DNA from: Bdellovibrionales bacterium | GTDB lineage: Bacteria > Bdellovibrionota > Bdellovibrionia > Bdellovibrionales > UBA1609 | Assembly (NCBI GenBank): GCA_016716765.1 | Contig: JADJVA010000006.1 | Coordinates: forward strand, 407,046 to 471,045 | DNA: 64,000 nt | Direction of reading: 5' to 3' | Shown here: piece after piece, positions 57,166 to 64,000 of the stretch | Numbering within the stretch: the stretch's first letter is position 1 | How the letters are laid out: every line of letters starts with the position of its first letter | Translations under genes and position numbers: made by a program | Notes under the pieces: generated by a model | Database searches by the model: none | Seen by the model: only the letters and a program-made list of their open reading frames with translations | Told to the model about the DNA's origin: nothing

Positions 57166-57816
57166 TCAAACTTCGAGAACCTTGAGTCCTTCCAGAATGG
57201 CGGGGACGTGAATCTGCACTACGCTCTTATGGTTGAGTCCGCGTTCTATCTCGTAGGTGAGTGTTGGCATATTGCGTTCTAGGCCACAATAGGTGCCGAG
57301 GCAACCTGGAGTTGGGTAGCCAATGCTATCTTGAATTTCGTAACCTGTCAGTCGAGAGATGACTTCGGCTATATTCCTGCAATCTCCGTTTACGTTGAGC
57401 ATTGGCTTCCAGGAATGCAGGCTGAGAATGAAAACGGGTTGGTTCCTCTCGATCCATCCAGTGAGCGCTTGGTTCTCGAGTTCGCTGTTTGCGGCGTTCC
57501 CGGGAAAATAGCGGGGATTTTCAACGGCAGCTGTCCAGTCTTGAGTGGGGAGATTGCGATTGAGATCGACCCCATTGGAATTTTGCCGTTGACCACTGAG
57601 AATACCGTCGACATTAAACAAAGGCACAATGGTGAGCCGCAGGCATGGCACTGAGCCTTTGGCGAGTCTTCCGAGGAGAGCCGAGGCAGCAACGGTTCCT
57701 TCGCTTTCGTCGCCGTGCACGCCCCCTAAAATCAACACATTCGGGCCTCCTTGGCCAACTTGATATCCGATAATTGGCAGATTCAATTCCGATTGACCAA
57801 ATATAAAACTTTTCAC
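57166..57816 (-). CDS. M14-family zinc carboxypeptidase/amidase (MpaA / succinylglutamate desuccinylase-like)
   Basis: GGVHGDESEG zinc-binding HxxE motif plus a SLHSW second-His region. Confidence 0.65.
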   Translation of the reverse strand: MKSFIFGQSELNLPIIGYQVGQGGPNVLILGGVHGDESEGTVAASALLGRLAKGSVPCLRLTIVPLFNVDGILSGQRQNSNGVDLNRNLPTQDWTAAVENPRYFPGNAANSELENQALTGWIERNQPVFILSLHSWKPMLNVNGDCRNIAEVISRLTGYEIQDSIGYPTPGCLGTYCGLERNMPTLTYEIERGLNHKSVVQIHVPAILEGLKVLEV

Positions 57817-57847
57817 TTCTAGTTTCCTCGTGATAGGTTAGGGGCCC

Positions 57848-59077
57848 ATGAAAACTCACTCATCCATTATGGTCAAGAAGTTCGGTGGCACCTCAGTTGG
57901 CTCAATTGAAAGAATTGAGGCAGTTGCAGACCGTGTGTTAGCTGATATGAAGGCTGGACAAAAGCCAATTGTGGTCGCAAGTGCTATGTCGGGAGAAACC
58001 AACAGGCTGGTTAAGTTGGCCAACGACATTGATCCCTCTTATCGGGGGCCAGCCTATGACATGCTCGTTTCTTCGGGGGAGCAGGTTTCTATTGCGCTGC
58101 TTGCAATTGCATTGAAGAAGCGAGGTGCCAAAGCCGCGCCTTTGCTTGCGCACCAACTGGGGATACAAACGGACTCTATTTTTTCAAAGGCCCGTATCAC
58201 GAATGTGGATGGTCAAAAGCTTCTTGGTTTGTTGGAATCCTCAGTCGTTCCGATTGTCGCCGGTTTTCAGGGCGTTACAGTAGGACATCAAATAACTACA
58301 TTAGGTAGAGGCGGGGGAGATACGACGGCCTTGGCTCTTGCGGCAGCTGTTGGTTTGGATGTCTGTGAAATCTATACAGATGTTCCGGCTATATTTACTG
58401 CTGATCCGCGTTTGGTGCCGATGGCTCGCGAAATAGACGTGTTGAGTTTTGAAGAAATGATGGAAATGGCTACTTTGGGCTCTAAAGTTTTGCATTTTCG
58501 AAGCGTTGAAATAGCGGCCAAATATAATGTGAAAATCCACCTGAGGTCTGCTTTTGAAGCTCGAGAGGGGACCTGGGTGGTGCCAGAAGGAGAGAAAATG
58601 GAAACTCCAGTTGTATCTTCAATAACTCACGATGCCTCTGTGGTCGTATTAAAGCTTTTTCCGGTTCCGTTTGGAGCAAAGTTTTTGGCAGATCTTTTTG
58701 AAAAGCTCGCAGAAAGAGGAGTCGTGGTCGATATCATCACTCAGAGTCAAAATGAAGAGGGGCAAAGAGTTGCATTTTCAGTTCCCGAAGATGATTTGAA
58801 CATGGCGCTGGAAGTGGTGGTGTCTGTCGTCGGTCCTAAAACTCAAGTGGTTCCTATGAGAGGAATGGCCAAGCTTTCGGCTGTTGGAGTGGGTATGGCG
58901 AATCATCCTGGCGTGGCCTCAAGGTATTTTCGAATTCTTGATAAAGTGAATGTACCTGTTCATCTTGTAACGACTTCTGACATTAAAATCAGTGCTGTCA
59001 TTGAGCGGGAGAAGTTGGGAGAAGCCGCTAGGGCCTTGCATACTGAATTTGGTTTGGACCGCGAGGCGAGTGTTTGA
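57848..59077 (+). CDS. lysC: Aspartate kinase
   Basis: VKKFGGTSVGS N-terminus, GRGGGDTTA, two C-terminal ACT domains. Confidence 0.9.
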   Translation: MKTHSSIMVKKFGGTSVGSIERIEAVADRVLADMKAGQKPIVVASAMSGETNRLVKLANDIDPSYRGPAYDMLVSSGEQVSIALLAIALKKRGAKAAPLLAHQLGIQTDSIFSKARITNVDGQKLLGLLESSVVPIVAGFQGVTVGHQITTLGRGGGDTTALALAAAVGLDVCEIYTDVPAIFTADPRLVPMAREIDVLSFEEMMEMATLGSKVLHFRSVEIAAKYNVKIHLRSAFEAREGTWVVPEGEKMETPVVSSITHDASVVVLKLFPVPFGAKFLADLFEKLAERGVVVDIITQSQNEEGQRVAFSVPEDDLNMALEVVVSVVGPKTQVVPMRGMAKLSAVGVGMANHPGVASRYFRILDKVNVPVHLVTTSDIKISAVIEREKLGEAARALHTEFGLDREASV

Positions 59078-59102
59078 AGGGGAAGAATCGCTAAGGAGAG
59101 GG

Positions 59103-60325
59103 ATGGACTTTTTTTATCGTAACAACGAGCTTGGTTTTCTATCAGGAAAAGTTTTTTTTTCGCTAAATGATATTGCTTCCAGAGCAAAGCGACCGGTGTA
59201 TGTCTATCATTTAGATTCTATCCTTCAGCGCTATCAGCGTTTCGTTGATGCCTTTCAGGGGGAAGTGCTCGTATGTTATGCCGTCAAAGCGAACTCACAT
59301 CCTGTTTTGTTAAGGGTATTGGCTCAAAAAGGGGCTGGCGCTGATGTTGTTTCTGGAGGCGAAATAAAGTTGGCTCTGTCCTGCGGGTTCCCTGGGAGTC
59401 GAATGGTTTTTTCCGGAGTCGGAAAAGAAAAATACGAAATTCAATTGGCCCTTGAAAATAGAATCAAGCAGATCAACGTTGAGAGTCCCTCAGAATTGAG
59501 GCGAATCGGACAGGTCGCACGGTCAATGGGACTTCAGGCCAATGTGGCCTTCCGATTGAATCCTGATGTGAATCCGGACACTCATCCCTATATTCGAACA
59601 GGATTTAGGGAAAACAAATTTGGAATGGATGAAAGTTTTATCTTGGAATTAAAGAAAATTTTGAACGAGTACTCTCGAGAACTGAAGCTCGTAGGGCTTA
59701 GTTTGCACATAGGGTCTCAGATTCGTGACTTAGGCCCTATCGAAGAGGCCGTGCGAAAATCTTTGCCATTGTTTAAATCATTGCGTGAGTCCGGTCATCC
59801 TCTAAATGGTTTTGATGTGGGCGGAGGATTGGGTATTGATTATCATCAAGACAATGAGAGCTCAGAAATTGAAAATGTGAAGGTCTATGCTCAAACAATG
59901 AGAGGCCTTTTGAAACCCCTCGGGTGTGAAGTGCTCTGCGAGCCCGGAAGGATTTTAGTTGCCGGTGCAGGGGTGTTGTTGACAGAAGTGCAGTATATCA
60001 AGGAAACGCCCTATAAGCGCTTTGCTATTGTCAACACGGGGATGCATCACTTGCTGCGTCCCGCTCTTTATGAAGCCTATCACCGAATCCTTCCTCTCAA
60101 GGAGGGCAGGGTCCAAAGGGAAGAAATAAAAACTTACGATGTCGTAGGTCCCATCTGCGAATCAGCTGACGTGATAGGCTTCGAAAGGGAGTTGCCGGAG
60201 CTGAAAGAAGGCGACTATTTGGCTAATATGGATACGGGGCCTATGGAGCGGTGATGGCTTCCCACTATAACAGCCATGAGCTTCCCCTTGAATGGGTCTA
60301 TCATAACGGTGAGGAGCTTCATTGA
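59103..60325 (+). CDS. lysA: Diaminopimelate decarboxylase; 1-nt frameshift in the G4 run 60236-60239 near the 3' end
   Basis: YAVKANSHP (PLP Lys) and GGGLGIDY motifs. After ...GDYLANMDTG the conserved AYGAVMASHYNSHELPLEWVY... continues in the +1 frame to a TGA at 60323-60325. Confidence 0.85.
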
Positions 60326-60909
60326 TGAGGACCTTTTTAGGTATTTTTGGTCGTGGCTTGGTGGCTTTGCTGCCAACTTTTTTGTCGGTCTATATTTTAA
60401 TTCGTTTTTTTCAATGGGCAGATAACATCATTCATGGTCTATTGGCTCTGCTTCTTCCGGACAGTTTTTACATTCCCGGTATGGGGATTGTCTTTGGAGT
60501 TTTATTTATATTTATCCTGGGCCTTTCCCTTTCTCATTATTTGGGAACAAAGCTCATCAATTACTTGATCGTCTTTTTCGTCAGGTCCCATTGGTAAAGA
60601 GCATTTACATCGCCATTCAAGATCTGACGGATTATTTCTCTCCGGAAAAGGCGCAGGTGGAGATGGACAAGTCGTTGCGGTGAAGTGGCCCGACTCGGGC
60701 GCTCAAGCAATAGGATTGGTGACACGGAGTGATTTGTCGGGGCTTCCAAATGGTTTGGACAGAGAGGGCAGAGTGGCTGTTTTTTTCCCGATGAGTTACC
60801 AGATGGGGGGCTTTACCCTATTTCTTCCCAAGACTTGGCTAACTCCGCTTGATATGAAGGTAGAGACGGTCATGCGTTCAGCGCTCACGGGTTGGATAAA
60901 AAGAAGTAG
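60325..60909 (+). pseudogene. DUF502-family membrane protein, at least 2-3 frameshifts; 3' end approximate
   Basis: N-terminal 2-TM part (60325..60597). Then RLFRQVPLVKSIYIAIQDLTDYF in a second frame, and GDGQVVAVKWPDSGAQAIGLVTRS...FFPMSYQMGGFTLFLPKTWLTPLDM in a third. Confidence 0.6.
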
Positions 60910-60910
60910 C

Positions 60911-61770
60911 TTAAAAATTCCTTATTTGGTCGAGATTGGAAATGTCCGAAGCTGTGAGATTTACATGCGTGAATTTGGTGGCTTTAAATGGATGCAATAT
61001 TTTTTCAGCTGTGAATTGAATGTGTTGGTCAAGATCGGTATTGAGTATCTCGATTTTTCCGGAGCCCGCGGGGTTCGCTTTCAGTTTGCCTTCGTTCATG
61101 TCGCTCATTATCTCGCGCTAATTGCCTTCCCAGAATCGACGAGAGTCACTCCGCCGCCCATAACCTTTGCAATGGATTCTTTCAAAATGGGGTAGTGAGT
61201 GCAGCCAAGAATGAGTGTGTCGATTCCCTGCGTAGCTATGGGGCTCAGATAGCGATGGATCACGAGATTGGTAAGGGGATCTTGAACCCATCCCTCTTCA
61301 ACGAGAGGGACCAGAGCGGACAGGCTTGTTGAAATACTTTTGTGCGTGGATCGAGTTCATGAAGGGCGCGGACGTAAGCCCCTCGGTTGACAGTGGCTCT
61401 CATGGCAATGACGCCAATACTGAGAGTTTGTGAGATTTTATAGGCTGTACGCGCTCCCGGTCCGCCGACCTCGTAAAGAGTCACTGCGATTTTTCTTTCG
61501 AGATCCAGCACGCTTGAGGCGGAGTTGCAAGCGACCACGATGTCTTTTACCTTGCAGCTCAAAAGAAACTGAATGTTTTGTTCCACGTAATGACGAATCG
61601 TCAGCGGCGATTTTGTTCCGTAAAGGAAGCCTTGCAGAGTCTCCCAAATAAAGGGAAATTTTCTTTAGGAAATCTTCAGCCAAAGACTTGAGCACAGTGA
61701 GGCCACCGACTCCAGAGTCAAAAACGGCAATTGGAAATTCAGCCCTATCAGAAGCTTCAAGAAACATCAT
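60911..61770 (-). pseudogene. murI: Glutamate racemase, at least 3 frameshifts as sequenced
   Basis: IAVFDSGVGGLTVLK, then YGTKSPLTIRHYVEQNIQFLLSCKVKDIVVACNSASS, then DTLILGCTHYPILKESI, then a C-terminal KIEILNTDLDQHIQFTAEKIL. These lie in different frames. One break is a TT/TTT run. Confidence 0.8.
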
Positions 61771-61809
61771 TTGAGTTTACCTGATTTAGTCGCACAGGTC
61801 AGCACAAAG

Positions 61810-61836
61810 AAAAAAGCCTCCTCGGAGAGAGGAGGC
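61810..61836 (-). terminator. Rho-independent terminator downstream of the IMPDH/GMP-reductase-family gene
   Basis: On the minus strand, GCCTCCTC-tctcc-GAGGAGGC is followed by TTTTTTC. Confidence 0.7.
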
Positions 61837-62025
61837 TAAAACGAAAATGAGGCTATTGGACCAACGGACTGGACTCCAACAACACCCCTTCAGAAAACAC
61901 GGAACGGAATCAACAAAGGAAAAACGGCTAAGAAGAATAGATCAAAAAACCTCGCCAAATAAGCCTAGAAAAAGCAAAGTCATTGGTCAAAGGCAGATTG
62001 ATCTGACCGACGTCAGCGGTTGAAT

Positions 62026-63066
<1,041 letters not shown>

Positions 63067-64000
63067 GTCGGGGACTCCTTATCAGGTAGTTTGTTGTTGA
63101 GATATTTTTTTGACTTTTTATCTGGAGAGAAAAGATGAAATAAAAACGGAATAAAGTAGCTCGTGACGAGAAAGTCAATCCTCACGTGAGGAACTGAAAA
63201 ACAGGATGGGCCAACCATGGGAATATTTTGCTATTCATTTTGAAGAAGTTCTGCAGAGAAGCTTGCCACAAGTAGGGGCCGTTAGAATCCAAAAGACTCC
63301 TTTGGTGAGATCGTTTGATTTAGCGTTGAGTCCCACCTCACCATTTTATATACTCGGGGTCAAATAGAACGACGAAGGGCAGCGAAGAAGTAGCGAATTT
63401 GTTTGTACCATACACCGGGGACAAGAAACAAAATCACTCACATCAAATATGCCCAGTCATACGAAAGGCCCTCAACCAAGCAGGGGCCAGCTGTGTTGAG
63501 AAACTATTTTGGCCCATTCCTGATAGGGGCGCTGGTTCTGCCAATCATCAAGCCTTATCGGAAGGAGGAGGGTCAACACAAACTCACTGTAATCGAAGTT
63601 ATCAGCTGACCAAGTGGAGCAGTGATTTGCTCGACGCCCCCTCTCGAGGCAACCTTAATGCAAAAATCAAAATATTGATTCAATAGTTCGGAGAGTATCC
63701 CACAAGGGAGAAGAACTCCGTACGAGGACTTGATGAGAAGTACATAGGATCTATTCGAGTGCAAAGGCCTCTTTGTCATGGGGGTATTCCTCCTGAAGGA
63801 GCGGATTTAGAGGATCACGGTTGACAATTGAGCCACCTAAATTTGGATTTGTCAAAAAAGCCTAATTTTGTTCAAATTTTGAGCTTTTCTCCTGGTTTTT
63901 CACCTTATTTTCGATTGACAGCGAAGCCTCAGACGTTCACTTTATTGAAGCGGCGAAATAAAGTTTGTAGTCAGTAAGGCCCCGGTGGCAAAATAGAGTA

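Noticed and set aside
60910-61195. C-terminal 95 codons of ORF 60680..61195 as part of the DUF502 protein
   Set aside because: This stretch is antisense to the recognisable murI C-terminus (KIEILNTDLDQHIQFTAEKIL...). A shifted frame gives a plausible DUF502 stop at 60907-60909.

Overview
Chromosomal segment of a moderately AT-rich Gram-negative bacterium. Recurrent ...FQNC lipoprotein signal peptides, planctomycete-type CxxCH proteins, a MotAB paralogue and a three-domain NirK suggest a Bdellovibrio-like predator, at low confidence. Left to right: (1) a denitrification accessory module (NorD-like, nirK with fused cytochrome c, nirV, SCO1/SenC, nnrS) behind an FNR/NnrR-type box. (2) A tightly coupled five-gene cassette: PEGA/TPR lipoprotein, MotA, MotB, a membrane-anchored FliG-like protein and a small OM beta-barrel. 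I rate this cassette the best candidate for an undescribed envelope-spanning stator/rotor-like machine. (3) Giant Ig-repeat/NHL and FG-GAP surface proteins, an M16 peptidase and msrBA. (4) A cluster of lipoproteins with planctomycete-type cytochrome c, DUF1588/1585-like and DUF1501/1552-like domains, plus an unusual Zn-ribbon/N2227-like methyltransferase/PqqD-like fusion. (5) An IS-scarred accessory stretch from about 31.4 to 43.7 kb: an IS3 element inside a DUF3015 gene with a 4-bp TSD, a decayed IS21-like element, an IS3-family fragment, and a broken dlt-like adenylation/MBOAT pair. (6) A small, visibly more AT-rich island holding an S8 protease, an XRE module, two unknown cargo genes and a tyrosine integrase, next to tRNA-Ala(GGC) and an orphan 5' half of a second tRNA-Ala. 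(7) Housekeeping genes: ridA, mlaEFD, a lolC/E-like gene, dapD, lysC, lysA, murI and an IMPDH/GMP-reductase family gene. Many conserved genes carry frameshifts that map to homopolymer runs, and four carry in-frame stops (TAA, TAG, TAA, TGA). Lesion density rises sharply after about 60.2 kb. This points to homopolymer sequencing error and/or local gene decay, not a recoded genetic code. All family assignments are by-eye motif recognition; no searches were run.
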